Positions 23,600-37,600 are shown, counted from the whole stretch's first letter. The stretch is 63,527 bases of DNA, filler included, from Lenisia limosa (GCA_001655205.1; 16 parts of 16 records of this genome joined end to end with filler, not necessarily neighbours in it); one strand, 5' to 3'. Translations and numbers: made by a program. The notes: a model not told the origin generated them from the sequence alone.

Positions 23600-25060
23600 T
23601 TTTGTGCGGCGCATTTTGGACCATCCCGGTACGCACCCAGACATTCCTCCGCAAACTTGCAACTTTAACCAAACTTCAACACTTCAACCACTTGCCTCAT
23701 CCCTGTTACCCAGTAGTATAAAGCAACAACAAACATGAACGCGGCACATTCCTACGGCAGCGGCCCTTCCACCAGTGTTTTCCTTGACCTTTGCTGCATT
23801 GATTGCAAGGTCTTCTGGGAGGAGGAAATCCTCCCAAAATGGGTGGGTGGAATGATAGGGATAAGATTACAACATTCATCCATATCTACAATGCTCAGAA
23901 TTCTATGGGTAACTTTCTACACTCGAAAACATAGTGTATCTGATGAACCTTTTGATATTTTGTTTTTGTTTTTATTAGGATGAATGGCGTTCACGAACTG
24001 CCTAAAACGTGATTTTCTTAATGCCATTCAGGATGACATTACTTCCAAGAGAACACTGGACATCCGCCACTTCCCTCTGCCTTACTTCCCCCACTCCTTC
24101 CAGACCAGTGCGGCTGTTGTTGCTTTCGAGGCTATGAAGGGTTGGTTCATCAATTATGTATACTACATGTATTCCCCTTTTCTACATCTTTACTTTGCTC
24201 ATAGTTTTCTTTCTTTGTATCTTCTCTTCATATCGCACCATTTTTTTTTATTAAAAACAGGTGACCCAGTTGCACTGATGACAGCGCTGTTTGCCCAGCA
24301 GATTGAGTTGAACGAGGATAAGGATATCGCTTCTCACCCCATGAAGCTTGCTGAGGTAGGGGGGTCTATCGGTTTGAAAACATCCGATACCATCTGTTAT
24401 TAGGGCTTCACTTCTATTCAAAAAATATCAAAATATCGATAGTTTTCGAGGATTTATCGAGAAATTCAGTTTTTTTCGAACCGAAGTAAAGCCCTAGTTA
24501 TGATACCAGATTGCTGCCAAGGTGTTCAAGGCTGATTTTGACAAAGAAGCGTTTATCACTCTTCTCTCTTCTTCTGACGTTCGCAAAGTGGTTAGAACTG
24601 AGTGGAAGGTTTGGAGGTCGTGACCTTTTAAATGCACATCAGCACCACATGAAGAATTGACGGCTCTGGCCAGATACAACCTTGTTTTATTTCCCATCTC
24701 TCTCTCATTTTCGCTCTGAACTAACTCCTCGGCTTCGCCACCCACCCCAGGCGGCCGCATAATCATGCTATATTACTATTCAATTTGGACAATCAAACAT
24801 CAATCATCAGACATATTTTTGTTATGGTTCTCTTTGACCCTTAGGCCTCATGCGTTAAACAAGTCAATGGCACACCCCAGTTTATCGAAGACGGAAAGAA
24901 GACAGGTCGGTTGGTTCACTATTTGGATTCCAGAGTATCATTTTTTGATATCTTAATTATTTCAAAGACTCATTGATTCCAGATTCACCAAGCTTCTAGA
25001 TAGTATTATTGGAGATAAATGCATGCACCGAACTTTCCCTGTTTCGTCAATTTTCACAAC
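23600..25060 (+). CDS. DsbA-like thioredoxin-fold protein
   Basis: Exons VFLDLCCIDCKVFWEEEILP (CxxC), IRHFPLPYFPHSFQTSAAVVAF, VRKVVRTEWK and ASCVKQVNGTPQFIEDGKK (cis-Pro GTP motif). Confidence 0.65.
24401..24496. mobile_element. hAT-like MITE family A inside an intron of the DsbA-like gene
   Basis: TAGGGCTTCACTTC...GAACCGAAGTAAAGCCCTA. Confidence 0.8.
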
Positions 25061-26273
25061 AACAAAATAAAACTCATGTATAGGGAGGAAGGAGACAAGG
25101 TATGACGGGACAGATCAGAAAGTGTTATGAGATATTGAGACCAACTAGTCTCTTGCTAGTTCTAACAGCTAATACAGTTATTAGGATCAATTGATTGGGA
25201 TGCGGTTTTAGGGTAAGGGGGGTACGGATTGGGTGCGGATTTATTTGAAGCACCTCTGGTGTTTTGAAAGGGTCCCTTTTGTTCTCTATTCACCAAAAAA
25301 CGATTCGTCTTCTTGAGCAGCTAATGATATGATTTTGTTGATATCAATGATATATCGATATATTATATAACTAATTTGAGGGGTTTTTTTTAGGTGAAAT
25401 TGCTACCTGAAGCATCTTTTATTTTCATCTGTAGTCCTCGGACCTCAAGTTTTTTTTGTCTTTATTTTTAAACAAGTTTTTTATTTGAAATTTTGACCAC
25501 TAACATAATATATTATATTACATAATGGGGTATCGGGGTATGGCGGAGGGGGGGTGAGCCAAATATACATGAATATCTACATGAAGGCTCCATTGGGTAT
25601 GGGAGGTATGGGGTCAAGGCTCAAATTTTTAAATATAATGATATAGTATATTTGATGATCACCCTAAGAATATACTATTTTTTTTATTAGTGTAGTAATA
25701 TATCAGACAAAAGCACATTGGATGATATAATTTGTCGAGATATGGAAAAATAGGTTTTGTCTGAAAAAACATGCAGAGTAGATACTGGAATACAGTCACA
25801 CACAGAAGCACGGAAGAGTCAAAACACTTAAAACTTCATACAGAGAGGGGTCGCGAGGCTACATTCCATGAGCAAAGCCACCGCAAAAGGAAATATTTGT
25901 GCATATGAGTGACCTATCCTTTTTATCTCTTAGCTTTACCCTCTCCTCTCTCTCTCTCATCGGAGCAAATTATGTCACCCATACAAAAGCCGGATTCAAA
26001 TCCTGAGCAAACAGTAGCTCTCATTCTCCTTTAACTGTGGGGGGGGGGCTTTGTTTTACCCGGGCCCGACGGGCCGGGCCGATTGATACGGAGTTACACA
26101 ATGATACCCGGAGTTTAGTTAATAAAGATCCATAATAAACACAGTTCTCAGGCACCGATAACCGATGGAAAGTTGAGATGCTCGTTATCCACGATAAAGG
26201 ATATGGCATTACGAGCATCCCAGGGCCCTGATCCAGGTGTCACGAAGTGAGGGAAATATTTGTTTCCGAGCAA

Positions 26274-27252
26274 TTAAAAATCTATGAATTTGTGCCAAGT
26301 GAGAAGCGTTGTGCCGATTGGGGCGTGAAAATGAGTAATAAGGAAATTTGACAAGGAATAAATATCAGAAAGATTACGCCGCTTCCATCTCAGACCGGCT
26401 TTGAGGGTGGTGGCTGCACCTGACCTGAAAGAGTGGCCCAAGATTACCACCTGAGCTCCGGACTGTGTGGTGACGAGGGCCAACAGAGCGTTGAGCTGTT
26501 GTATGAAGTCAGCGACGGAATAAGGGGAGTGGTCCGGATTGCGGAGTAGGGGTAAGTGGGAGGGCAGGTGTTGGTTGAGTGAAGGGTGTTTGGTGAGATG
26601 ACTGACGAGTGGGTGGATACGAAAGCCCAAGTGCGGAAAAGGGTTGGACGGGAGGGGGATGATGAATGGCGAGGCTTTGTCGGTTTTGGTCCATTTGCAC
26701 AAAACCTCTGGGAAGTGCAGGGAGTGCTTGAAAACAGGGACTCCAGAGGCAACGACACGAACATCAGCGACCGTGTGGAAGCGAGACGGGAGAAATTTTT
26801 GCGGCTCTTGGGCAGCAGTTCCCTTTCTGAGGGCGCCGAGAAAGAGTAGAATGACAGCGAGCGAGAAGGTGGTCCACTGGCGGGATCGCGCTTCGGCCAG
26901 AAGTTGATCCAAGGGCTGGTGAGATGTGGATGGGCCGGCCGGGACGCCCCTGCGTGTGTCTTTTGTGGGACCGCAGCAGGACCATTTGGCGGGGAGAGGC
27001 GTGGGGAAAAACGTGGTTGTGCTGGGCGGACAGAGATTTGAGAGCCGAGATGTATTGCAATACGGTCTTGTGCGAGCCCACGGTGAGCCAGCAAGCGGAG
27101 ATGAAATGCATATTGGAGCTTTCCGATGCCGGCCAAGCTGTGATTCCGAGCGCGGTGCATAAGGCCTCGTATCTGCCGATGCCCTGATATTGCTTCAGGG
27201 TGGAAGAGGTGATATTGACCTTGGCGATGTCGGAGGAGATCGAGTTGAGCAA
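26274..27252 (-). pseudogene. Tyrosine recombinase of the DIRS-like element, frameshifted near 26912
   Basis: SAM-like N-domain (TSSTLKQY...WPAS..MHFIS...TVLQYISALKSL) in ORF 26764-27252. Catalytic domain in ORF 26274-26912, in a different frame. Confidence 0.8.
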
Positions 27253-27329
27253 GCTTATTGCCTCGTGGGGAGAGAGGTTTTCCAGAGCAGGTGGAAGTAG
27301 TGAGGTGGGAGAGACACGCTGAAGCGAGA

Positions 27330-27700
27330 GGCCCTGATCAAGTGGGGGATATCACTTCTAGACAAATGATCGGCAATGTGTTAATCTCTGTGGGGGGGGA
27401 TACACTTGATTTCGAGAGTGATTCTGTGTTTTATGACAAGGTTGTTTATCTCATGGATGATTTCTTCGGTCTTAACGTGTTTGGATCGGCGTTTTACCCA
27501 AGAAACGACCACTTGGTTGTCGCAGCAGGGAGTTGTGAGTCGTGGAGGAGGGGGGCCCAGAGCCCGAGGGCCTCAAGGACGGCAGTAGCTTCGGCAGCTT
27601 GAATTGGGTAACCAGGCGGTGCGGAGGAAATGAAATACCTCGAAGGGGCGCCTTTACAGAACAGCACAGCCGGCGGCGTACGTGCAGATGTCCGCGTGAG
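27330..27700 (-). pseudogene. DIRS-type RNase H domain, frameshifted
   Basis: E-A..AL, CDN and ADHLSR motifs in the correct order across frames. Confidence 0.8.
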
Positions 27701-29024
27701 TTTGGTGGGAGAGGTCCGCATATTGGGAGTTGGGATGACCACAGTGGGGCAGCGAGGAAGGAGTGTAGGCTCTCCAACTTGTCACGTGCGGTCTGGGAGA
27801 GCGTGATGGAGGATAGCCCTTTTTTTTCTCAACCAGGTAGAGGAGAGAGAAGAGTGGTGCGAGTGTGGTTTTGAAGTTAGGGGCGGCTGTAACCGCCCAC
27901 TAAATTTGAGGGAAGATAACAGAGATCTCTGCACCGTTTCAGCGTTAAGAGGGGTATAGTGTCGATGTACCTCAGCCTGGAGGCGTCGGGGGGATACAAG
28001 ATGATCTTGTGCTTGTGAGATGTGTTATGACCGATACCTAGTAAGACCAAGTTTGTGGTAGGGACAAAGACTTTGCTTGGGGCCGCTCTGACTCCAATGG
28101 CGAACCAGTAAGATTCGGATGGCGAATTCGGTTGCTGATAGGGACGTGGGGGAACCTTAGTGTGGGAGGGCCTTCAATGGTGTGCTCTGAGGTAGCGTGT
28201 GGGGTTTTCTGCCTGGGCAGCCATGCTAAGCCTGAGGTACATTTCCACACAATCAGTTTCGGGAGATGCGAACAGCGCCTTGCCAGGGGGATGAGACGCT
28301 GTGCTGGCATGTAGTATTTCAATAAAATTGCAAATAATGAATTCGTCAATTATCAATCTTTTTATATGTGTTGTGTTAAATAGATTCTAGATAGGCGAGC
28401 GTTCACTTTCTATATTGCAATTCAACTTGGAATTGGAAGGTGCCAACGGCTTCTGTTTCGCTGAAGTTCGATCCTACGTTGTGTGTGAGTTATATCTCTT
28501 GCTCTCTCCTTCCTTTCTTGATTTTTGATTTTTGTTTTTTTCTCAGGCACATCACCAGGATTCCTTTCCCCGCGTTGGTGGTTAAGCCATTCATCAAAGC
28601 GCTATTCATTTCCTAAGAAAACGAAAATCAAATGGATAAATGGACTTCAATTGTTTCAAAAAGGTCAGTGACCGGTTGGTGATCTTTTGTGATAAAGTTG
28701 GTGAACTGGTCACCAAATATATCTAAAAATAACTGCGTACTATGATATAATAAGTGCGTACTGATGTATGAGACGCATGTACGACGGAAAGTTTTTTTTT
28801 TTTTGTGGACTAATAACAAATAGTATAACGAAATATTCTCCACCTTCAAATATTGCTGCCAAATAATATTATATTATGGCAATGAGAATTAAAGAATAAA
28901 GTTGTATCTGGCCTGCCATATAACGATCATATTACTAGTGGATATCATATTATGCGCATGTACACTATTGTGAGTGTTTTAGCTCTGAACATAGCACTTC
29001 ATTAACGATCATAATACACATTGA

Positions 29025-31924
29025 CTAGTTTTGGGCGAGACCCTCGGCCAGTGCCAGACTCCACATGAAGCCCTTGGTGTCGTCATCAACCTCAAGCCCA
29101 TCAACTGCTTCTTCAGTTACCTGAAGGGGGGGGGGGGTAAAAACGGAAATTGGTGAAACAAATAATAAATAATCATAAAACCAATTCCGTGGCTAAATAC
29201 AAACTGTAAAACACAAAGCCAACTACAGGCATCCCATCAACAGCGTTTGGGGTGGGAGGTAAAAATAACAAGTCATTGCCATAGATCGAAATAGCAAAAC
29301 ACAACCTTACCTCCCCATCTTCGTCTTCATCTGCAAGGACACTGAGCTTTTTCACCAACTCCTTAGTCTTACCGCCAATAAGCTGGGGAATAGACGTTAA
29401 ATGAGAAGACAAGAAACCAACAACAAACCCCAACCTGGGGAGAGATATTGGGTTCCTTGGTATATAATAGTAATTCATGCCTTACAAATTTGTGTACGCA
29501 GCTTTCTACATGCTTCCCGATATATTTGATGTATATGACTACAGACAGCCATACTCAATTTTTTTATCTCTCAATACACGTGGAATATTTTACTGAATAT
29601 CACTAAAGATGTAGAACTGAGAAATAAAAAGAAGTAAGTATCTAACCGAAGCCTTTCACATCAAGTATCAAAAATATGTCCCAGCCCTATTAACACAGCT
29701 TTCAGCGTATAAGGAACCCCCACCTTCACAAGGCCAAGACTGTCGTCATCATCAACCCCGCTCTTAACCTATAGGATAAGGTTCGAAAATGCATTCATCC
29801 GAAGGTAAGATAATTTGAGTTCATTGAGGGAAGTAAGAACACCACGTCACATAAGCCAAAGATGGTTTGTGATGCACGAGCCTGTGACAAAACGGAACTT
29901 ACGCATTTGCAAAAATTAGCAAAAGTGTGAAAATAAAATATTCTTATCAAGGTGGGGAAAGAAAGTTTGTAGAAATATCCGAAGACCATACCGCCTTAGT
30001 TACGGCCTTGTGCGTGGCTGTCAATATCAAGTCCTCTGAAAAGGTATCAGGAAAAAGCTTTCAAAAAGACTAAAAAAAAAAAAAAACGTGATTAATCTGC
30101 TGCTTTAAAAAATTACCCNNNNNNNNNNNNNNNNNNNNNNNNNNNNNNNNNNNNNNNGTTGCTGCCGAAAGGGTGAGAGTAGAATCGTCGAGGTTTATCT
30201 CGGCATCAAATAATTCATCACTCCTGAAAGGATAAAGGTAGGGCTTCATGGTTCAAAAAAAAGACTGAATTTCTCGATAAATCTTCGAAAACTATCGATA
30301 TTTTACCGGTCTTTTTCGAACCGAAGTGAAACCCTTAGAAAGGTGGTGTTACAACTGCACCATAACAATTAGGGGGCATTCTGTAGTATTATCATGAATC
30401 TAAGAATACTGTGCTGCAATTTCTCTCAGAAAGCAAGATGATGTTGAAAATAAAATCAAAGAAAAAAAATAATAGAGAAAAGGGACAACAAGTTTATTTC
30501 ACAAAATAAGGGGGAATTCGAGAAGTCTATTTATATGCGTTAATTTAACTCTTTTTAGTGTACCTTGGGGGGTGGGAGGTGGCACCAACAATGTAAACAC
30601 CGCTTGAAGAAAGGTCCTAAAAAGGTCACATTGGAATATCATCTGCAATAATAATAATATGTTGTATCTTAACCTGTTCCTTTATTCCATACTCTGTAAA
30701 ATCTTAAATAAAAAGTAATCCAATGAAAATGGAAAGAGATATTGCTCAAACCAACCCACAATAACCCATCCAAACTGTTTCATTAGTCAACACACCCCCT
30801 CCTCCACAAAAAACGGTCTCTACTCAACATAAATATGATCCTCACCTCCAATTCAGCTTCTGAACCTTGAATCCAGGGTCTCAATACGTCCCAGTCAAGT
30901 CGGTGGAAAGCCAAAAGCGGGAGCGTTCTAAGGTTTTGATAAATAAAGTGCAATACTAATAGGGCTTCACTTCGGTTCGAAATATCGGTAAAATATAGTT
31001 GGTTTTCGAGGATTTATCGAGCAATTCAGTCTTTTTTCGAACCGAAGTGAAGCACTAAATACTAATAAAAACTTATATCGCTAAACGTCAACTATGAATA
31101 GAAATCCCAAGAATATGTCTTGATAATTGACAGTTCGCAATTAATCAGTCTCTTATTTTCACAAAACAAATCACCAACCTGATAAAAGACTGTACGTTTT
31201 TGAGGTTTGAGCTAATCACCTGGATAGATAAGGTCGCGAGAGGATCAAGTTGTCCAAAAGTAAAATGTTAATATGTTGACCATCATTCAGTTATACCAAC
31301 TCGATACTTTTTCAACTATTTTGATTTGTAAGAAATAGAACAACGATAAATATGATATCATATACAAAAACACGGTAAAGATGACCGGTCAGAAAACAAA
31401 TGGGTAGACAATTAAAGATGAGGGATCCAGTAATAATATCAACATGTATAATAGGGTGAGGCATGTTAGAAAACGTGCCAAATCATACCAGTACGCGTTT
31501 TTTGAGAACAACAAGATGCCAGAGAAGATGAGCGTCTGCAGCAAAAGGCGCCAGTGACTCTTTGGGAGGGAGGGGGGAGTAACTTGGAAAATTTATGAAA
31601 CAAAAAAAACCCCAAATCAACTCTGNNNNNNNNNNNNNNNNNNNNNNNNNNNNNNNNNNNNNNNNNNNNNNNNNNNNNNNNNNNNNNNNNNNNNNNNNNN
31701 NNNNNNNNNNNNNNNNNNNNNNNNNNNNNNNNNNNNNNNNNNNNNNNNNNNNNNNNNNNNNNNNNTCATATGCATAAAATATATCATATGATATCAATAA
31801 ACCAACTGCAAAGCGAAGACTTCGTGAACGCCTCCTTTTGAGTGAAGTCCGCGTTTTTGAAGGACCCATTCTTCTGGGACTTGTAGACTTGCTTGGTGTA
31901 GATGGCAAGGTAAACTTTGGACAC
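29025..31924 (-). CDS. DENND10: DENN domain protein 10 / FAM45 (5' truncated)
   Basis: Spliced peptide KVYLAIYTKQVYKSQKNGSFKNADFTQKEAF / ESLAPFAADAHLLWHLVVLKKRVL / VISSNLKNVQSFIR / TLPLLAFHRLDWDVLRPWIQGSEAELE / DLSSSGVYIVG / ELFDAEINLDDSTLTL / LIGGKTKELVKKL / KGFMWSLALAEGLAQN* follows FAM45A colinearly as recalled. Confidence 0.85.
30239..30336. mobile_element. hAT-like MITE family A in a DENND10 intron
   Basis: TAGGGCTTCA...GAACCGAAGTGAAACCCTTA. Confidence 0.75.
30960..31057. mobile_element. hAT-like MITE family A in a DENND10 intron, best-preserved copy
   Basis: TIR TAGGGCTTCACTTCGGTTCGAAA / TTTCGAACCGAAGTGAAGCACTA with an exact 8-bp TSD AATACTAA. Confidence 0.85.
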
Positions 31925-32744
31925 CTAAAGCAGTGACGGCGATGATTCACAAAAAACAAAAACAAAAAAAGCTGAATTGGATTTTGTATTACAACGCTTC
32001 AATTACAGCTTGAGCTTACAAGAAAACCGAGTATTTATCGAAACCTCCGATACTTCCTTGATTTTTTCTTTTATTGAGCATAGGGAGCCTCAGTGGTTTN
32101 NNNNNNNNNNNNNNNNNNNNNNNNNNNNNNNNNNNNNNNNNNNTTAATTAATTAANNNNNNNNNNNNNNNNNNNNNNNNNNNNNNNNNNNNNNNNNNNNC
32201 CACAAGTCACTGAAAATCAAGCCAAAATCGCTATCGCCAGCTCTGCGTGGGGGGGGGGGTGCTTAGAGAGATAAGACGTACAACAAGGTTGCTTCTGGCC
32301 GAAGCCGTCCGCACCATCACGCTAATAGAAATGAATTATAATATTATGTCATATTATTTATTCACCCAGTCATTTGCCTTACAACTCTGTGCACACAGCT
32401 TTCTACCTGCTTAGCAGCATACTTATGATAAAATTATATCATATCACTTGTTGCATCATTTTCACACGTGTGAACTATCATTTTCCACGCAGTGATATGA
32501 TACCTCATTTCCACTCGTACGATAATTGACCGACAAGTCTCAATGATACTCGGGATGAACACTCGTGTTATCTTTGTTCATCATTTCGACTTGAACGTCG
32601 GGCATATGATCATATCACTCATGGATATGGGTTAACATGATAAATAGTATATATCATATATTAATACTATTATTTAAACATTATACATGAATGTCATATA
32701 CAACTCTATTTTTCAATGTTCACTCCCTTAACATCATCAGAAAC

Positions 32745-33662
32745 ACGCAAGTTGGCCTGGCAGGGAGAAGAGCCGTGTTATTCCACCAAATCTCCAGTGA
32801 AACCGTCGTTGTTGAGAACCTGGCTAAGGTTATCGATTGGAGTGGGGGGGGGGTAGTTAGATTTAAGGCTTCACTTCGGTTCGAAAAAAACCGGTAAAAT
32901 ATCGATAGTTTTCGAGGATTTATCGAGAAATTTAGTCTTTCGAAGTGAAGTCGTAGGTGGGGGGGAGGGGTTGTAGATGCGTAATGATTGTTTTTTTTCT
33001 CTCGAAATATTTGTTCCNNNNNNNNNNNNNNNNNNNNNNNNNNNNNNNNNNNNNNNNNNNNNNNNNNNNNNNNNNNNNNNNNNNNNNNNNNNNNNNNNNN
33101 NNNNNNNNNNNNNNNNNGACAATCTAACACCCAAAATTGAATTTGAAGTCACCCGTTTTCTCTTCAACTCATGTCATCTTGAAAAATCCCTAACAACGGT
33201 CAGATACAATCGCAGCCACGTCAGACATCTGTTTAAGCCTAACACTGTCACCGCTGCCATCGGAAGTCGGCGATGTCCTTATTTCAGCTTTTAATGTTAG
33301 GGGGGGGGGGGTACTATTCCATTTTCAGAGGTGAAAGTCTTGGNNNNNNNNNNNNNNNNNNNNNNNNNNNNNNNNNNNNNNNNNNNNNNNNNNNNNNNNN
33401 NNNNNNNNNNCTACTGCGAAAGCATTTGGCGGGTTTTTTTTCATGTAACAAGAACGAGTTAGGGGATCGAAGACGATCAGATACCTAGTAGTTAGGACTA
33501 CTAGCTGCAGAAGCGACTCGCCTGGTCTTTGTTTGTTTCGTTGTTCTTAATTTTCATATGTTGTCAGCCAACGGAGTTGATTTCGGGCTTTTTCTTGTTT
33601 CATAAATTTTCCAATTTTACCCCCCCCCCCTAGAAAGACGGTCCGTCGAAGAAAAAGCCTCG
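32745..33662 (+). CDS. Hypothetical multi-exon protein fragment
   Basis: Short exons GLLAAEATRL / KDGPSKKKP joined in phase across a family B intron. Confidence 0.3.
32865..32950. mobile_element. hAT-like MITE family A
   Basis: taaggcttcacttcggttcgaaaaaaaccggtaaaatatcgatagttttcgagg...cgaagtgaag. Confidence 0.75.
33525..33633 (+). repeat. Complete family B intron (109 nt, GT...TAG), reference copy of the introner-like family
   Basis: GTctttgtttgtttcgttgttcttaattttcatatgttgtcagccaacggagttgatttcgggctttttcttgtttcataaattttccaattttacccccccccccTAG. Confidence 0.8.
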
Positions 33663-34609
33663 TAAGTCTCCGTCTGTGTCCACTATTGGGGTGAGAGGGG
33701 ATGGGAGGATATGAAATGATATATTTATATTATGATATCAGATATGTATACATACTCTATGTTTATATGATATATAAATGTCATATAGCTTTATATATAA
33801 ATAGTATATGATATACATGCAGAGTATATAGAGATGAGTAAAAAAACAAGGTTNNNNNNNNNNNNNNNNNNNNNNNNNNNNNNNNNNNNNNNNNNNNTTA
33901 ATTAATTAANNNNNNNNNNNNNNNNNNNNNNNNNNNNNNNNNNNNNNNNNNNNAATCATTTTGCTTTTTCACCCATGCAGTGTGGTATTATTATTTTTAT
34001 TTGATAGATATATCATAGTATGAGTAATATGCATATATCTCACCAATTCCCCCATTACCCTTTAGTCTCTTTTGGAGTCGAGAGCTGCAGACAGAGAATC
34101 CGATGCTGAACAGGTACGTGATTTGAACTTCAAGTAGAATCACATTGTGTTGTTTCCATTTTATTATGTTCCTGAATGGGTTACTAACAAAATTCCAAAT
34201 TGGGGTGGCTCGGGTGCAAGGAACTATATGCATATATTCAAATTCAGGTGTAATTTTTATAAAATATTTAAACATCAGTTGTTAAAACACTCGAGTAATA
34301 CACTCTAAGAGCCCAATTTTATCCATCTGTACAACTGTTTTCCTTTGTAAGCCCTCAAAGGTCTTTACGCTGAGGAAAACAAAGAAAGTATGCTGTTTCT
34401 TGTTCATTATAACTCTACAAAAGATCTTGACTTGACCCCAATTGCTATAGTAACCCATAACTTTCTTGGGCAAAGTATTTTCATTCTCTCCTCAAACATA
34501 GTAGTTAGCATACTTTCTTTTCACCCCCCCCCCCCCNNNNNNNNNNNNNNNNNNNNNNNNNNNNNNNNNNNNNNNNNNNNNNNNNNNNNNNNNNNNNNNN
34601 NNNNNNNTT

Positions 34610-37600
34610 GGACGAAGTTGTCGGCGGCGTCCGGGCAGAGTCAAAGGCCCTCCAGACTAGAATGGTGTGTAATTTATAAATAACAGATGATATCATATGA
34701 TCTGGGGGTTGATTCTGATAATAATGAGAATGGTGGGTTAGGTATGTTTAATATTGGGTGATTCTGCTAAAAACACGTTAGACTATATTCATATTTGCCG
34801 TATTCGATCAGATGAATGAACTGTACAATATGAGTAACTCGACAAGCCTCCCTTGCATGTAATAGGATTTAATCACCTATTAGGATGAAGTAGGGCTAGT
34901 GATCACGCAGCAGTGCTCTTCAGCTGAGGCGGCGGCTGAGTCAGCTGTTGCTCTGGCTACGACTTCGAGTAAAACTTGCACTGCAATCAGGGATGAAGTT
35001 TGGGGGTGCTTTTGTATTATGAGTCGTTTGGATGAATTTGTAGCTATCATTCGGTCTAATATCGCTACCCATCGCAGAGTTGCTTTGATCAAAATGGTCC
35101 TTAACCTTTTCATTACCGTAGTATCAACCAGGGTTAAAACTCTCTGTTATGATCGCCTAGATTCCGGATATGGTCAGGACGGTGGTGTCGTCAATGTTCC
35201 AAGAGCTGACTACGGGCATCAAGGAGCAGTTCACTAAGATGCACGAGGCAACTCTTTCCAATACTCAACACATGGAGAAACTGAATAAAGTGGGATTTGA
35301 TGAAATCGTTTTCCACCTTCAACTAGGTAATATCAACTCTTTGTCAGAGACCAGTATTTTTTTAAGTGAACTTGTTTAGAAAGAGTGGTTGATATTCGTA
35401 TTGGATCCGTTTTCAAACACACATTCACCTTCATAACCTCTTCTACAGACAGTGAATGACCTGACGTTACGCATTGATGGTGTTGAGGGCTGCATTGACA
35501 GGCATATCACCGAGTCTGACGAACAGTACCAGGAAATCTCCTCGTAGGGATCTGGTCACGATTGGCTTACTTTCACATTTCAATCCAGGAGTCTACATCT
35601 GCATACAATTTTTCTTTTAAAAATGTTCCAAAAGTTCAACTTCCTCTCTTTACCCCACCCCCAGCCGCATTTCGAGTATATCCGAAACAGTGGGACGAAT
35701 GCAGGACGATATTGCTGCCAATGCAGACTGTCTCCACACCAATGTTGAGCAGGTGCGGGGTTACTTAATTGTAGTAGCTATTTCTGTGACACATTGACAA
35801 CACCTCACTTTCCAGGTGAAATCAGTGATGGAGGTTTCAGATTGTCTAAAGGAAAATGTTGGCTTCCCTATCCTCTGACATACAGTATATATATTATATG
35901 ATTTGCATATATATATCATATATTACATGTATGTACATCGTGGTGTTAATAATCATAAGACAGTTACATTGTTCATTTCACCTCAGTCATCGTATCATCA
36001 AAAGAATGTCAATATTGTACTCTTTCTGCAAACATCGTCCCTGAAGACCAAGTAAATAGTTACCGTTTTAGTTCATCCAAATGGACAGAGGCTTTGGAGG
36101 ACTGACTGAGGTTTATGACGGTAACAGAAAAGTTGGGATGTGTAGTTGCTCTTGAATTTTTCCCACTCGTAGTACACCTTTGGAGTTCTTGTTTCACCCT
36201 GTATTTTCAATTCACAGGAGACTCTGGCACAATTGGAGGAGATCAGTGATGCACTCAAGGAAGTCGATGATAAGTTCCATGAGAACAACAGAATCACTGA
36301 CGAAAAGTGGGGGGGGGGCTTGATCTGCTTCATTTGATCATGTTATGAGCTAAACTTCTAGGCTTGATGAACTTCTGTCTGCTCTGACCCACTGTCACAA
36401 CCAAACGGAGAATCAAAGTACCGCCATCGTATCACTGGAGGTGACAAGGGTACTATATCACTAAGTCGATTCATTGCTATTGATAATCGATGATATGCAT
36501 TTATATTTTTTCCTTCATATTGAGCTGAAATGGATTGACATTTCCTCACACTAACAGGGACGACTTTCTCAGGCGGAGGGAATGATGGATTCGGCACTTG
36601 GAGGAATGAAGAAGGTGCGAATGGCACTTCATCGAAGTACTTTCCTGAAAAGTCAAATTACGAGCTAGTCCAATATTGCCTTGAATTGTTAACTTCAAAT
36701 AATATACAGAAAGAAAAATAAGAGTCAAATACATTATATGTCTCGATTCGGTACAAATTTTTTCCTAAATCTACTCAATTTCGAACTTGCTTGTCACTAC
36801 TACAGACGCTTCGGTCCTTGAAGGAGGCCAGATCTAATGACGAATCACTCTCAAAACGGATGGAAGCAATTGAACAGTCCTTGAAGACCCTCACAACAGC
36901 GAATGAACAGGTTGGCTAGTGTCTCTAAATTTGAAAGTTAATGCAGTCTTCATCTCATGATGGGACTCACACCTTCCATTAGGGCATGCGAGCATTGGAA
37001 GACGCGGTCGCTGGAGATGTCATGCAAATAGCCAAGTCTTGTGAAACAGCTCTCGCAGGAGTGGGCTTTGGACTGATTTTAGACTCACAATGATCGAGAT
37101 TCTGGCTGACTTCTGATAGGAGTATAGCTTTATATTGACTGAAGCAACACTTTTCCCTTTGTTTGACCACTATTGACACTCTTTTATTCCCCCAGATTGA
37201 AACTCTCCGTTCGGATTACTCGCATCTTGCCTCACAGGAGGACACCAATGCTCTTATTGAACATGCAAACCACCGTTCAGGAGAACTCCAGAACCTTACA
37301 TCCCANNNNNNNNNNNNNNNNNNNNNNNNNNNNNNNNNNNNNNNNNNNNNNNNNNNNNNNNNNNNNNNNNNNNNNNNNNNNNNNNNNNNNNNCCCTAACG
37401 TATGGGCTGTTGCTTTTGAGTAGGGCAGCGCTTATCACCATATTTCCGTTCAACTCATTCTCACACCCCAGGTGCAGTCTTTGACACAACAAAACTCAAC
37501 CTCCACTAAGATCGTTGATGACGTTGTCTCTAAAGTTCAGTCGCTCATCCTCTCTCATAACCAGACCGTTGATGAGGTTGGGGGGGGGGGGGNNNNNNNN

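Larger units (their letters stand above)
26274..28320 (-). mobile_element. Degenerate DIRS/Ngaro-type tyrosine-recombinase retrotransposon (RT C-terminal remnant, RNase H, YR)
   Basis: Intronless GC-rich block. RT-end motif AIGVRAAPSKVFVPTTNLVLLGI. RNase H motifs IQAAEATAVLEALGLWAP, CDNQVVVSW and IADHLSR in shifted frames. YR motifs FLGALRKG and GHSFRSGAATT. Confidence 0.85.
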
